Assembly: GCA_900553785.1 (NCBI GenBank)
Contig: USES01000004.1
Span: 1-63,877, forward strand
DNA: 63,877 bases
Source of the DNA: an uncultured Clostridium sp.
Lineage (GTDB): Bacteria > Bacillota > Clostridia > TANB77 > CAG-465
Reading direction: 5' to 3'
The notes beneath the pieces are model-generated. The model saw only the letters and a program-made list of their open reading frames with translations, was not told the origin of the DNA and did no database searches. A program made the position numbers and the translations under genes. Within the stretch, counting starts at the first letter, position 1. Each line of letters begins with the position of its first letter. Shown piece by piece: positions 26,567 to 36,852 of this stretch.

Positions 26567-28984
26567 ATGTACGATAAAAATATAGATAAAAAATGGCAAG
26601 ATAAATGGTATGCAAGTGATATATATGAGGCAAAAGAAGATAAATCAAAAGAAAAATTTTATGGTTTGGTTGAGTTCCCATACCCATCTGGAGCAGGATT
26701 ACATCTAGGACACGTTAAAGCATACATAGGTATGGATGTAATTTCAAGAATGAAGAGATTACAAGGGTATAATGTATTATTTCCTATAGGGTTTGATGCA
26801 TTTGGACTTCCTACAGAAAATTACGCCATAAAAACAGGAATCCATCCAAGAGTGGTTACAGATAATAACATAGCAAAATTTACTGATCAGTTAAAATCTG
26901 CTGCATTTTCATTTGATTTGACAAGGGTAATAGACACAACACAACCTTCATATTACAAGTGGACACAGTGGATATTTATACAGTTATTTAAGCATGGGTT
27001 GGCATATAAGGATAAAACTGAGGTAAATTATTGCCCACAATGTAAAGTAGTTTTGTCTAATGAAGAATCACAAGGTGGAAAATGCGATAGATGTGACGGT
27101 GAAGTAATTCAAAAAGAAAAAGAAGTTTGGATGCTTAAAATAACTGATTATGCAGAGAAGTTACTTGATGGACTAAAAGAAGTGGATTTCCCAGAGAGAG
27201 TAAAGCTTCAACAAGAAAATTGGATAGGTAAGTCTACTGGTGCCGAACTTGAGTTTAAACTTGACGGAATTGAAGAAAAACTCAAAGTTTATACAACAAG
27301 ACCAGATACAATATATGGCGTTACTTTTATGGTAATTGCTCCAGAACATCCTTTAATAGAAAAGTTAAAAGATAAAATAGAAAACTATAATGAAGTAGTA
27401 GAGTATGGAGTATCTGCTAAGAAAAAAACTGAGTTTGAAAGAGTACAACTTGCTAAAGATAAAACTGGAGTTATGTTAAAAGGTGTAAGTGCCATAAATC
27501 CATTAACAGGTAAAAAGGTCCCTATTTGGGTAGCAGACTATGTAATGATGGGTTATGGTACAGGAGCTATTATGGCAGTTCCAGCACATGATACACGTGA
27601 TTTTGATTTTGCTAAAAAATTCAATATAGACATAATTCAAGTAATTAAAGGAAAAGAGGATATAGATATAAATAGTGAACCATACACAGATATATACAAT
27701 GGAACAATGATAAATTCAGATATCTTAAATGGTTTAACTGTAAAAGAAGCAATTGCAAAAATGATAGAGCATGTAGAGAAACTAGGAGTGGGACATGCGA
27801 AGACAAATTACTTTATGAAAGATTGGGCTTTCGCTCGTCAGAGATATTGGGGAGAACCACTTCCTATTGTTAAGTGTGAACATTGCGGTATGGTTCCGCT
27901 AGATGAAAAAGATTTGCCTCTTGTATTGCCAGAAGTAAAAGACTTCAAGCCAGGAAAAGAAGGAGAGTCACCTCTTGCAGAAGCAACAGATTGGATAAAA
28001 ACTACATGTCCACATTGCGGAAGACCAGCATTACGTGAAACAGATACTATGCCACAATGGGCCGGCTCTAGTTGGTACTTCTTAAGATATGTAGATCCTA
28101 GAAATGATACATGTCTTGCTGGGATGGATGAACTTAAATATTGGTTACCTGTTGACTGGTATAATGGTGGAATGGAACACGTAACACGTCACTTAATTTA
28201 CTCTAGATTTTGGCACAGATTCCTTTATGATATTGGAGTAGTACCTACAAAAGAACCATATGCAAAAAGAACTACACAGGGGTTAATACTAGGGCCAGAT
28301 GGCGAAAAGATGTCTAAATCTAAGGGAAACGTTGTTGATCCTAAAGATATAATAAATGAATATGGTGCAGATACGCTAAGAACATATATGTTATTTATTG
28401 GTGAGTATGATGAGTCTGCTCCATGGAACGAAAATGGGGTTAAGGGAGTTAAGAAATTCCTAGATAGAGTAATGCGTCTAAAAAATATCGTTGTAGATGA
28501 GTACGCATCAAAAGATAAAGAATTAGATGCTGAGTTACACAAACTTATAAAGAAGGTAACAGAAGATATATTATCAATGAAATTTAATACTGCAGTAGCT
28601 GCATTTATGACTTATATAAATGTTGTGTATAAGAAAAATGTAATTTCTAAAGAGGATTTGAAGATGTTTTTGACAATATTGTCTCCTTTTGCACCACATG
28701 TAAGTCAGGAACTATGGAGTCAATGTATAGGAAACGATTTTATAGAAAGAGAGTCTGTTTGGCCAAAAGCAGATGAAACAAAATTACAGGAAACAACTGC
28801 TGAGATTGCTGTGCAAGTTAATGGAACAGTTAGATTTAAGTTGTTACATGAAGTTGGAATGCCAAAAGAGGAAATAGAAAAAATAGTACTAAGTGATGAA
28901 AGATTGTCCCAGTACATTTCAGGTAAAGAAATTAAAAGAATTATTGTAATACCTGGTAGAATAGCAAATGTAGTTGTTGGATAA
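26567..28984 (+). CDS. leuS: Leucine--tRNA ligase
   Basis: HLGH (HIGH) and KMSKS motifs. 805 aa bacterial LeuRS layout. Confidence 0.97.
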   Translation: MYDKNIDKKWQDKWYASDIYEAKEDKSKEKFYGLVEFPYPSGAGLHLGHVKAYIGMDVISRMKRLQGYNVLFPIGFDAFGLPTENYAIKTGIHPRVVTDNNIAKFTDQLKSAAFSFDLTRVIDTTQPSYYKWTQWIFIQLFKHGLAYKDKTEVNYCPQCKVVLSNEESQGGKCDRCDGEVIQKEKEVWMLKITDYAEKLLDGLKEVDFPERVKLQQENWIGKSTGAELEFKLDGIEEKLKVYTTRPDTIYGVTFMVIAPEHPLIEKLKDKIENYNEVVEYGVSAKKKTEFERVQLAKDKTGVMLKGVSAINPLTGKKVPIWVADYVMMGYGTGAIMAVPAHDTRDFDFAKKFNIDIIQVIKGKEDIDINSEPYTDIYNGTMINSDILNGLTVKEAIAKMIEHVEKLGVGHAKTNYFMKDWAFARQRYWGEPLPIVKCEHCGMVPLDEKDLPLVLPEVKDFKPGKEGESPLAEATDWIKTTCPHCGRPALRETDTMPQWAGSSWYFLRYVDPRNDTCLAGMDELKYWLPVDWYNGGMEHVTRHLIYSRFWHRFLYDIGVVPTKEPYAKRTTQGLILGPDGEKMSKSKGNVVDPKDIINEYGADTLRTYMLFIGEYDESAPWNENGVKGVKKFLDRVMRLKNIVVDEYASKDKELDAELHKLIKKVTEDILSMKFNTAVAAFMTYINVVYKKNVISKEDLKMFLTILSPFAPHVSQELWSQCIGNDFIERESVWPKADETKLQETTAEIAVQVNGTVRFKLLHEVGMPKEEIEKIVLSDERLSQYISGKEIKRIIVIPGRIANVVVG

Positions 28985-29012
28985 GTGTAATACAAAGGAA
29001 AAGGAGAAGTAT

Positions 29013-30458
29013 ATGAATATATATATAATAAGTTTGATTGTTGTATATGTTAGTTCAGGGGCTTTGCTTGGAATGTTCATGTATGCTGAGTTAACAAAGC
29101 GAAAATACAAAAAATCTAAACAAGAAGCTGCGGCAGCATACACGGACGCTCTTACTGGACTTGGAAATAGATATAGATTTAACAGGGTTATGGCTGAAAT
29201 GATAAAACACCCAGACCAAAAGTTTTCATTATGTTTTTTGGATTTGGATGATTTTAAGCAGATAAATGATAATATGGGACATGATGCTGGAGACGAGCTA
29301 CTTATAGAATTGGGCAAAAGATTAAAGGAAAGTATTTCTGGACATGGTGAAGTATTTAGACTTGGTGGAGATGAATATGCTTTAATTATTGTTGGTACTG
29401 ATACAAAGCTTGAAGTAGAAACTATTGTTAAAAGAGTTCAAAGAAGTGTTGTAAAACCAGTATTCATTAGAAATACAACAGTAAATTTGGAGTATAGTTT
29501 AGGAATAGCATGTTTTCCAGAAGATAGCCAAAATGCCAATGAGCTTATAAACTTTGCGGATGCAGCCATGTATTTTGTTAAAGAGAGTGGCAAGAGTAAT
29601 TATTATTTTCATAATGAGGCATTAAAAGCTCAAACAGAAAATAATAGAAGAATGGAAAATGAACTAAAAGCCGCATATAAAAATAATGAATTTGGTATAG
29701 ATTATCAACCAAGAATAGATTTAGTAAACCCAAACAGAGTGTGGCTTGAAGCATTTTTGTTCTGGAAACATCCGCTAATAGGTAAACTTAGTGCAGCTTA
29801 CTTTCTAAAATATGCCGAATCTACAGGACTAGTTATATCATTAGACCAATATATTATAGAAAACAGTTTAGAAAAGATTGCTAGATTAAGTAAAGAAGGG
29901 TTTGATGATGTGTATATAGCAACCAACATATCTTTAAGGCATTTTCAAAGAAAAGATTTCATAGAAAAAATTTGTCTGATATTAGAGCGTGGTGGAAAGA
30001 GCAGCGAACATTTGATGCTTCAGATAACTGGTGAATTAGACATGAATAAAATAGAGACTTATAAAGTAATGTTTGATAAAATAAAGCAATATGGCGTTAA
30101 ATTATCTATAAACAACTTCTCAGTAAACTATGAACAACTAGACTTGTTGAATAGGTTAAATATAGATGAGATAAAAATTAGTTCAGAATACTTAGTGTCT
30201 AATAGTATATTTGACAAAAATGTTTTGAAAGATATAGTTGTTTTAAGTAAAGACTTAGGATATAAAATTTTAATAAATAAAGTAACCGATGAAGAAACAT
30301 TTAAGGAAGTAATAAAATATCCAGTTAATTGTGTACAAGGAAATTATATATATCCTATTATTAGCGATGAAAATGTGAAAGAATTTTTAGTCAATTTTAA
30401 AAACAAGAAACCTAAGGTGGGTAGTGTAAAAAAAGTATCAAAAAAAACGACAAATTAG
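29013..30458 (+). CDS. Membrane-anchored GGDEF domain protein with a degenerate EAL domain
   Basis: Start moved to ATG 29013 behind AAGGAGAAG. GGDEY in RLGGDEYALI. The EAL-region motifs are all altered (EAF, QITG, NNFSVN, KIS). Confidence 0.85.
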   Translation: MNIYIISLIVVYVSSGALLGMFMYAELTKRKYKKSKQEAAAAYTDALTGLGNRYRFNRVMAEMIKHPDQKFSLCFLDLDDFKQINDNMGHDAGDELLIELGKRLKESISGHGEVFRLGGDEYALIIVGTDTKLEVETIVKRVQRSVVKPVFIRNTTVNLEYSLGIACFPEDSQNANELINFADAAMYFVKESGKSNYYFHNEALKAQTENNRRMENELKAAYKNNEFGIDYQPRIDLVNPNRVWLEAFLFWKHPLIGKLSAAYFLKYAESTGLVISLDQYIIENSLEKIARLSKEGFDDVYIATNISLRHFQRKDFIEKICLILERGGKSSEHLMLQITGELDMNKIETYKVMFDKIKQYGVKLSINNFSVNYEQLDLLNRLNIDEIKISSEYLVSNSIFDKNVLKDIVVLSKDLGYKILINKVTDEETFKEVIKYPVNCVQGNYIYPIISDENVKEFLVNFKNKKPKVGSVKKVSKKTTN

Positions 30459-30468
30459 AAAAAATGTG

Positions 30469-30497
30469 TTGACAAAACACATTTTTTTTATTATAAT
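30469..30497 (+). promoter_or_regulatory. Sigma-A promoter of the tRNA cluster
   Basis: TTGACA, 17 nt, TATAAT. The -35 sits in the loop of the upstream terminator hairpin AATGTGTT/AACACATT. Confidence 0.7.
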
Positions 30498-30517
30498 AGT
30501 TTTTGTCAGTAAGAAGT

Positions 30518-30593
30518 GGGCGCATAGCTCAGTTGGGAGAGCATCTGCCTTACAAGCAGGGGGTCATAGGTTCGAGCCCTATTGTGCCCACCA
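30518..30593 (+). tRNA. tRNA-Val (anticodon TAC)
   Basis: Cloverleaf folded by eye: 7-bp acceptor stem, GTTCGAG T-loop, anticodon loop CTTACAA, encoded CCA. Confidence 0.93.
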
Positions 30594-30604
30594 CTTTTTT
30601 ATTT

Positions 30605-30681
30605 GGCCCGGTAGTTCAGTTGGTTAGAACGCCGCCCTGTCACGGCGGAGGTCATGGGTTCGAGTCCCACCCGGGTCGCCA
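30605..30681 (+). tRNA. tRNA-Asp (anticodon GTC)
   Basis: Acceptor GGCCCGG/CCGGGTC, anticodon loop CTGTCAC, encoded CCA. Confidence 0.93.
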
Positions 30682-30692
30682 TTTTTTTATTT

Positions 30693-30768
<76 letters not shown>

Positions 30769-30806
30769 CGTAATAAAATATTTAAATAATGCATATATTT
30801 TATTAT

Positions 30807-30882
30807 GCGGGAATAGCTCAGTTGATAGAGCGTCGCGTTGCCAACGCGAAGGTCACGGGTTTGAGCCCCGCTTCCCGCTCCA
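30807..30882 (+). tRNA. tRNA-Gly (anticodon GCC)
   Basis: Acceptor GCGGGAA/TTCCCGC, anticodon loop TTGCCAA, encoded CCA. Confidence 0.93.
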
Positions 30883-30894
30883 TTTTTTATAAGC

Positions 30895-30930
30895 TAGAAA
30901 CGTTGAATTTCCAACGTTTCTAATTTTTTT
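30895..30930 (+). terminator. Terminator of the tRNA cluster
   Basis: TAGAAACGTTG / CAACGTTTCTA stem followed by a T-run. Confidence 0.8.
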
Positions 30931-31044
30931 AAATGCAATTTTACTGCAACCCGTTTTCGTTTAAATAAGATTTTCTCTCCAATAAAAAATAACTTAAAAG
31001 TATTTGCCTTCAAGTTATTTCTTATATGTAAAAAAGGTGTGATT

Positions 31045-31263
31045 TTAAAAAATTTCTTCCTCACTTTTTTCTATTTTTAATATATCATTTGGAGTACATT
31101 CAAGTACCTCACAAAGTTTTTCTAATGTATCAAATCTCATTCCTTTTGTATTGTTATTCATAACATCACTCATTGCCTGATAACTGCATCCCATTTCCTT
31201 TATTAGCCAATACTTAGTTTTTTTCTTTTCCTTTAGAATTTCTTTAACATTTATATATAGCAT
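31045..31263 (-). CDS. Small XRE-family helix-turn-helix regulator
   Basis: Cro/C1-type HTH (TKYWLIKEMGCSYQAMSDVMNN). Start moved to ATG 31263 behind AGGTG. Confidence 0.8.
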   Translation of the reverse strand: MLYINVKEILKEKKKTKYWLIKEMGCSYQAMSDVMNNNTKGMRFDTLEKLCEVLECTPNDILKIEKSEEEIF

Positions 31264-31445
31264 TAAAAACACCTCAATAGTATTTTATACAAAACTAAAA
31301 TGTAATTTAACTATTTTAAAGAATAGCTAAGTTATACAATATATAGTGTAGCGCATATTTATCCATTGTTTTGTCGAAATATGTCATGGTTATAAATTAA
31401 GTAATAAAAGTGTTATTTTGCATCAAAATATTTTTAGGTGATAGT

Positions 31446-32816
31446 ATGCAAATTGAACATAAAGAAATTATGGAAAATGGCAATCCTGTTATATATATAA
31501 ATATATATACTGAAGATAGCTATGAATTTAGCAAAGAGAATTTTAATGAAAAAACGGTAAAACGTAGTCTTAAAAATAAAATTGTACAATACATAAAGGA
31601 AAACGTAAAGCTTATACAAGGCGCTGTTATTGTAATTGCCATAAATGGTATACTAATAGGAGCTTTGTCATTGGATAAGGCGGGAATAACTGGTACTGGA
31701 GATGCCGGAAGCGAAATAGTAAAAGAGTTAGTTTCTACCCCAAGTTCTGCAGATAATACAGATAAAGAAATACAACCTGATGAAAGTGCTGAAACAGTCA
31801 AAGAAGGAACTGCCAAAATAGAGGATACTACTAAGAACACTAATAATACTGCAAATAATGTAAATACTGTTTCCACGAAAAATACATCCAATAATACCAA
31901 AAATGATACAAAGAAAGAAACGGTTAAGCAATCTACAAAAGAGGATAACAAAACTAATGAAAATACTAGTAATAGTACTGTTTCTGCAAAAGAAGAGGAG
32001 AAAATTGACAAATCAAACAATGAAAGTAAGTATTATATAAAACTAAATAGTGGTGGAAATGTTCAAAACATGGAACTTGAAGAATATGTTGTTGGTGTTG
32101 TTGCTGCTGAAATGCCCGCATCTTTTAATATAGAAGCATTAAAGGCGCAAGCAATAGCAGCAAGAACATACGCAGTGAAGAAAACCAGCCAAGGGAAGGT
32201 ATTAGTTAATTCAACAGCAGATCAGGTATATAAGACTACTAGCCAGATGAAATCTACTTGGGGAAGCGAATATAATTACTATTATAATAAAATAAAAAAT
32301 GCAATTAACGCAACAAAAGGAATGGTATTAAAATATGGTGGTGAATATATAGATGCACAGTATTCTGCTATGACTAATGGAAAAACTGAACTGCCAGAGT
32401 ATGTATGGAGCTTTTCAAGGCCGTATTTACAGTGTGTCAGTAGTAGGTGGGATGAGAAAGTAAAAAATTTTAAGGTTACCAAATCTTTTTCATATGATGA
32501 AGTTAGTAAGAAACTAGATCAAACTATAACAAGCAGCACAGAGATTGAGGTTGTATCAAGAACTGTAAGCGGAAGAGTTGAAAAGATTAAAATAGGAGAC
32601 ACAGTATATACGGGAGTAGCTGTAAGGAGTAAATTAGGGCTGCGATCCACAGATTTTGAGATAGAACTTGCAGATGATGTAAAAATAACTACAAAAGGAT
32701 ATGGACATGGAGTCGGAATGAGTCAGTATGGTGCAAATGTTGCTGCAAATGAAGGATATAGTTATTCGGATATTTTAACTCATTATTATGTGGGAGCCAG
32801 TATTACTAAAATATAA
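31446..32816 (+). CDS. SpoIID/LytB-domain protein with an N/T/K-rich linker
   Basis: EEYVVGVVAAEMPASF..ALKAQAIAARTYA and GHGVGMSQYGA motifs. Start moved to ATG 31446 behind AGGTGA. Confidence 0.85.
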   Translation: MQIEHKEIMENGNPVIYINIYTEDSYEFSKENFNEKTVKRSLKNKIVQYIKENVKLIQGAVIVIAINGILIGALSLDKAGITGTGDAGSEIVKELVSTPSSADNTDKEIQPDESAETVKEGTAKIEDTTKNTNNTANNVNTVSTKNTSNNTKNDTKKETVKQSTKEDNKTNENTSNSTVSAKEEEKIDKSNNESKYYIKLNSGGNVQNMELEEYVVGVVAAEMPASFNIEALKAQAIAARTYAVKKTSQGKVLVNSTADQVYKTTSQMKSTWGSEYNYYYNKIKNAINATKGMVLKYGGEYIDAQYSAMTNGKTELPEYVWSFSRPYLQCVSSRWDEKVKNFKVTKSFSYDEVSKKLDQTITSSTEIEVVSRTVSGRVEKIKIGDTVYTGVAVRSKLGLRSTDFEIELADDVKITTKGYGHGVGMSQYGANVAANEGYSYSDILTHYYVGASITKI

Positions 32817-32848
32817 CATGAAAAAGACTAACTTTAGTTTTTGTGAAG

Positions 32849-33511
32849 TTAGTCTTTAGACAATTTAAAGTATATTTTATTGTATATTTTTTCTACGTAT
32901 TTGTAAAGATTGAATCTTTTGCAAATAAAATAAGCTAAAGTAATAACCAATATGGAAGCAAATATATCAAATATTACGTGTTGTTTTATAAACAAAGTGG
33001 ATATTACAACAAGCAATGACCATATAAAAATTAATATTTTGTACAGTGGTTTCAAAGTTTTCAGATTTATAGTATAGAGTATAAATAAAAAACATAGAGC
33101 ACAATGCATACTAGGTAAACAACAAGTAGGAGGAGCATCCATCTTAAATATTAAATTAGTTATAATCAAAGTAAAATTTGATTTGCTTACTTCAGGCCTA
33201 TTTATAGTAGTAGGAAATAATATAAATATACAAAATGCTATGAGTATCGTAACAACGATAGTAGCAATATAATTATAAAAGTTCTTACTTGAATGTGAGT
33301 ATATCACAATTGGAACGAAAAATAGCATTAAAAACCAAGAAATATATGGGTAAATAAAACCTGGCAAAAATGGAATTTCGTTATCTATGTTAGACGTTAG
33401 CAAAGTAGGATTGTTACTACACAGTCTTCCTAGGCCGTACAGTAACGATTCAAATGCTATAATTATTGCTATTAGAAATATTGCAACTATCTGTTTTTTA
33501 GAGATTTCCAT
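32849..33511 (-). CDS. PAP2_C-type (sphingomyelin-synthase-like) membrane phosphotransferase
   Basis: Polytopic. PSMH and HVIFD motifs. Confidence 0.65.
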   Translation of the reverse strand: MEISKKQIVAIFLIAIIIAFESLLYGLGRLCSNNPTLLTSNIDNEIPFLPGFIYPYISWFLMLFFVPIVIYSHSSKNFYNYIATIVVTILIAFCIFILFPTTINRPEVSKSNFTLIITNLIFKMDAPPTCCLPSMHCALCFLFILYTINLKTLKPLYKILIFIWSLLVVISTLFIKQHVIFDIFASILVITLAYFICKRFNLYKYVEKIYNKIYFKLSKD

Positions 33512-34349
33512 TTATGTAACCAATCCTTTCTCCATACTTAACATATGTTTCGTATCCAGCATTAGTATTATTCCAAATTTCATTATCAATTATAATATCA
33601 TTGTTAATTATTAAACAAATAGTTGATCCGCCAAATTCAAAATAGCCTTTTTCATCACCTTTTGTAAATGTATGTTTATCATGGAGATTTTTGATTTTTC
33701 CTACCATCATTGCACCTACTTCAACTTGAATAACGTCTCCAAAGTGTTCGGTGTGTAACACAGTATATTCTCTACAGTTAGTTTTATAAATATTATATTT
33801 TTTTAGTGCAATAGGTTGAACTGTATGTAATACTCCCTTTATATATGTATTAGCATCTTTTGAACCATTATCTATATAGCAATATCTGTGATAATCATCA
33901 ACAGATAATCTAAATATTAAAAGTGTTCCATTGCTATATTTATTTGCTAATTTATCGTTTTTTAAGAGTTCAGGTATACTGTATGTAGTTCCTTTTATAC
34001 TAAATAACAAATTTGAATCTATTTTATAAGCAGTAAGTTTAGCATCGCAAGGAGATATAAAATAGTTAGGAATCATAGATACTTCTCTTTTTTCTTTTAA
34101 AATTTTTCTTGTAAAAAATTCGTTGTAAGATTTATATTTTATATTTTCATATTCATTCATGTTTATGTTATTCTTTAAGATAAATCTATCAATTAAAGGG
34201 ATAGATAACCTTGAGTTCATAAAGGCTCCTACTATTTTAGATATAACAGGAAGAGTTAGTATTTTTAAAATACATCTTCCTAAAATCGTATCATATAAAA
34301 AATGTAGAGAGCCTTTTGGGTTGATATCTATTTTGATTTTTTTTCTCAT
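33498..34349 (-). CDS. psd: Phosphatidylserine decarboxylase proenzyme
   Basis: FEFGGST self-cleavage motif. ~280 aa. Confidence 0.85.
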   Translation of the reverse strand: MRKKIKIDINPKGSLHFLYDTILGRCILKILTLPVISKIVGAFMNSRLSIPLIDRFILKNNINMNEYENIKYKSYNEFFTRKILKEKREVSMIPNYFISPCDAKLTAYKIDSNLLFSIKGTTYSIPELLKNDKLANKYSNGTLLIFRLSVDDYHRYCYIDNGSKDANTYIKGVLHTVQPIALKKYNIYKTNCREYTVLHTEHFGDVIQVEVGAMMVGKIKNLHDKHTFTKGDEKGYFEFGGSTICLIINNDIIIDNEIWNNTNAGYETYVKYGERIGYINGNL

Positions 34350-34960
34350 ATTAGTAGTAAGATCGCAAGTTCAATTATTCCAATAACTAAAACTGCAAGC
34401 ATTCCTTTTATTTTAAGCTTTTTAATTTTAAACTTAGATATAAATGCTATTGCTACAATAAGCAAAGTAGCACCATATACTAAGTAGAATTTATCTTTTA
34501 AGAATAACACAAATATATATATTAAAGGTATTATTAAGGCTGCACTTGTGACAGGTAAGCCTAAATATTCTTTTCTCACTTCAGTGGTTTGTTCTTGACG
34601 TTCTTCTTCAGTAACGTTAAAGTATGCAAGTCTAATTAAAGCTGCCAAAACGTATAAAACCAGTATAATTTCAAAATACCATTTATTAAGTCCTACAGCG
34701 TGTCCAATCATGGCTGGTAAGACACCAAAGCAAACTAAATCTGATAAAGAATCTAATTGTATTCCAAATGCTTTTTCTTGTTTAGTTCTATCTTTTTTAG
34801 TTCTAGCTACCAAACCATCGAACATGTCAAAAAATCCAGCTAATAATAAACAAAAGATAGCTACTGTTACTCTACCTCTACTTGCATTTATAATGCCTAG
34901 TATACCTGATGTAAGACCAAGATAAGTAAGTATTACAGTGTAGTTGTAAAATCCAATCAT
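34346..34960 (-). CDS. pssA: CDP-alcohol phosphatidyltransferase (phosphatidylserine synthase type)
   Basis: DMFDGLVAR...G...DSLSD motif (D-x2-DG-x2-AR...D-x3-D). Confidence 0.8.
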   Translation of the reverse strand: MIGFYNYTVILTYLGLTSGILGIINASRGRVTVAIFCLLLAGFFDMFDGLVARTKKDRTKQEKAFGIQLDSLSDLVCFGVLPAMIGHAVGLNKWYFEIILVLYVLAALIRLAYFNVTEEERQEQTTEVRKEYLGLPVTSAALIIPLIYIFVLFLKDKFYLVYGATLLIVAIAFISKFKIKKLKIKGMLAVLVIGIIELAILLLI

Positions 34961-36006
34961 ATTATTTCCTCCTTTTTAGAATTTTTATTAAAGATTGTAA
35001 CTCTTAAGTGGTTTATAAGAACAACCATTCCAGAGAGAATTAAGCAAAAATAGTAGCTAAACACTCTAGTTAAAAGAACGGCTGCTGTTAACATGTTTTC
35101 ACCATAAACAGGGAGATATATTTTAAGCATCATTACTTCTGTTACCCCCATTCCCCCTGGAAATGGAAGAGAATCTATTGCAATAGCAATTACAACTTGT
35201 ATTGCTAGAAAATCTAGGTATGAGAAACCTTGAAGCCCAAACGCTAAATATACTACATATCCTATAGAAAACATGCAAAGTCTTTGTATAAGGGTTAGTC
35301 CAAGTACTTTAAATGTAAGAGCAGGATGTTTTTTTAAATAGGAGACACCCTTTTTGTAATCTTCCATGTAATCGTCTATTCTTTTTATTGTTTTTTCAGG
35401 CTCTTTTTTTAGGTGAAGTTTTCCAAGTATGTTGATAATCCAAATTACAAATCTTTTAACTTTTCTTTTTGATTTCATCACAAGAAAACATCCAATTATA
35501 ATAAGTAGGTTAACCAAACATCCGAATGCTAAAAATACGTTAAACAAAGTTCCATTACAAAAAGCAAGGTTAGGTTTGGCAATCATACATATAAGCCCTA
35601 ATACAAGTAATACTATTTTAAAAGTATATGTGTTTAGTATAAGTGCTATAGTTGATTTAGTAACCGGTATGTTGTCCTTTGCCATGTAGAATGATTGGAA
35701 CGGTTGGCCACCAGTAGATGACGGAGTTATAGCAGAAAAGTAGTATTCTATGCACGAATAAGCAAAACATTTGAAAAGTGATGTTTTTTGTTTTAAAGAT
35801 TTAAACGTTATAAGTAAATACAAACCTTCAAACAATAAATATAACACTATTAGTAAAGCGCATATTAGCAAATACTTAACGTTAACTGATTTGGCTACAG
35901 CAATAACACTATCAAACTCATTATCTTTAAATAAAATATATATAGTAGCAATTAGCATAATAATGAAAAATAAAATGCTAAATATAAGTTTTTTGTTAAT
36001 TTTCAT
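34957..36006 (-). CDS. UPF0104 / MprF-TM-like flippase-domain membrane protein
   Basis: Polytopic, PFPGGMG motif. Start moved to ATG 36006 behind GGGGGA. Confidence 0.7.
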   Translation of the reverse strand: MKINKKLIFSILFFIIMLIATIYILFKDNEFDSVIAVAKSVNVKYLLICALLIVLYLLFEGLYLLITFKSLKQKTSLFKCFAYSCIEYYFSAITPSSTGGQPFQSFYMAKDNIPVTKSTIALILNTYTFKIVLLVLGLICMIAKPNLAFCNGTLFNVFLAFGCLVNLLIIIGCFLVMKSKRKVKRFVIWIINILGKLHLKKEPEKTIKRIDDYMEDYKKGVSYLKKHPALTFKVLGLTLIQRLCMFSIGYVVYLAFGLQGFSYLDFLAIQVVIAIAIDSLPFPGGMGVTEVMMLKIYLPVYGENMLTAAVLLTRVFSYYFCLILSGMVVLINHLRVTIFNKNSKKEEII

Positions 36007-36252
36007 TTTTTCCCCCAAAGATGGAAATATTATAATGATAATTTTACACTTAAATACGAATAGTGTCAAGATAAATAGAAAATTGTAAAAAAATGTAAAA
36101 ATCAAAAAATACTGTTTTTATTATATTATTTAAAATGAAAAATAATATAACTGTAATTTAAAATTAAACAAGTAGCTATTGGTATAGAGTTGCGAAATTT
36201 AAATAAGTATGGTATCATATAAAAATTATAAAGTGAGAGAGTGGGGATGAAA

Positions 36253-36852
36253 ATGAACAAACAATTACAATCAAAGTTGAATAGTTGGAATGATAAAATA
36301 ATGGATAAAAGAATACCTCGCTGGAATGAGCTACCGGAATTCGAAGTATATATGGATCAGGTAATTGTGCTTATGGAGAAATATGTTGGTGTGTATCTTG
36401 AGTGTGCTGAGGATACTTTCTTAACTCCGTCGATGATAAATAACTATGTTAAATTAAAGATTATGCCAGCACCAGAGAAAAAGAGATATTCTAGAATACA
36501 CCTATCTTATTTAATTATAATTTGTATGTTAAAGTCAGTAATGCCTATTCAGGACATACATGACATTATAGAATATAAATTGGCAGAAGGAGATATGGAG
36601 TCTACTCTAAACTGGTTTGCTAAAACATGTGAGGAACAATTTTCAGTTTTTTTGAATAATACTAATGAATTGTTAAAAGATAATGAAGAAAAGATTGAAG
36701 ATGACAATGTAAATATATCTAATGTGGCATTTAGAATGGGAATAGAGGCTTCAATTGCCAGAAATATATCATCAACGTTGATATGTAAGATAAAAAAAGA
36801 AAATGCTAGTTTACAAACAGAGAAAACTAGCAAAGTTAAAGACAGTAAGTAA
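36253..36852 (+). CDS. DUF1836-family protein
   Basis: LTPSMINNYVK and SRIHLSYLIIICMLK motifs. Start choice (36253 vs 36241/36247) is uncertain. Confidence 0.7.
   Translation: MNKQLQSKLNSWNDKIMDKRIPRWNELPEFEVYMDQVIVLMEKYVGVYLECAEDTFLTPSMINNYVKLKIMPAPEKKRYSRIHLSYLIIICMLKSVMPIQDIHDIIEYKLAEGDMESTLNWFAKTCEEQFSVFLNNTNELLKDNEEKIEDDNVNISNVAFRMGIEASIARNISSTLICKIKKENASLQTEKTSKVKDSK

Noticed and set aside
30883-31409. Possible integrated element next to tRNA-Gly (small XRE regulator adjacent)
   Set aside because: There is no integrase or phage genes and no repeat of the tRNA 3' end downstream. This looks like a lone regulator rather than an island boundary.
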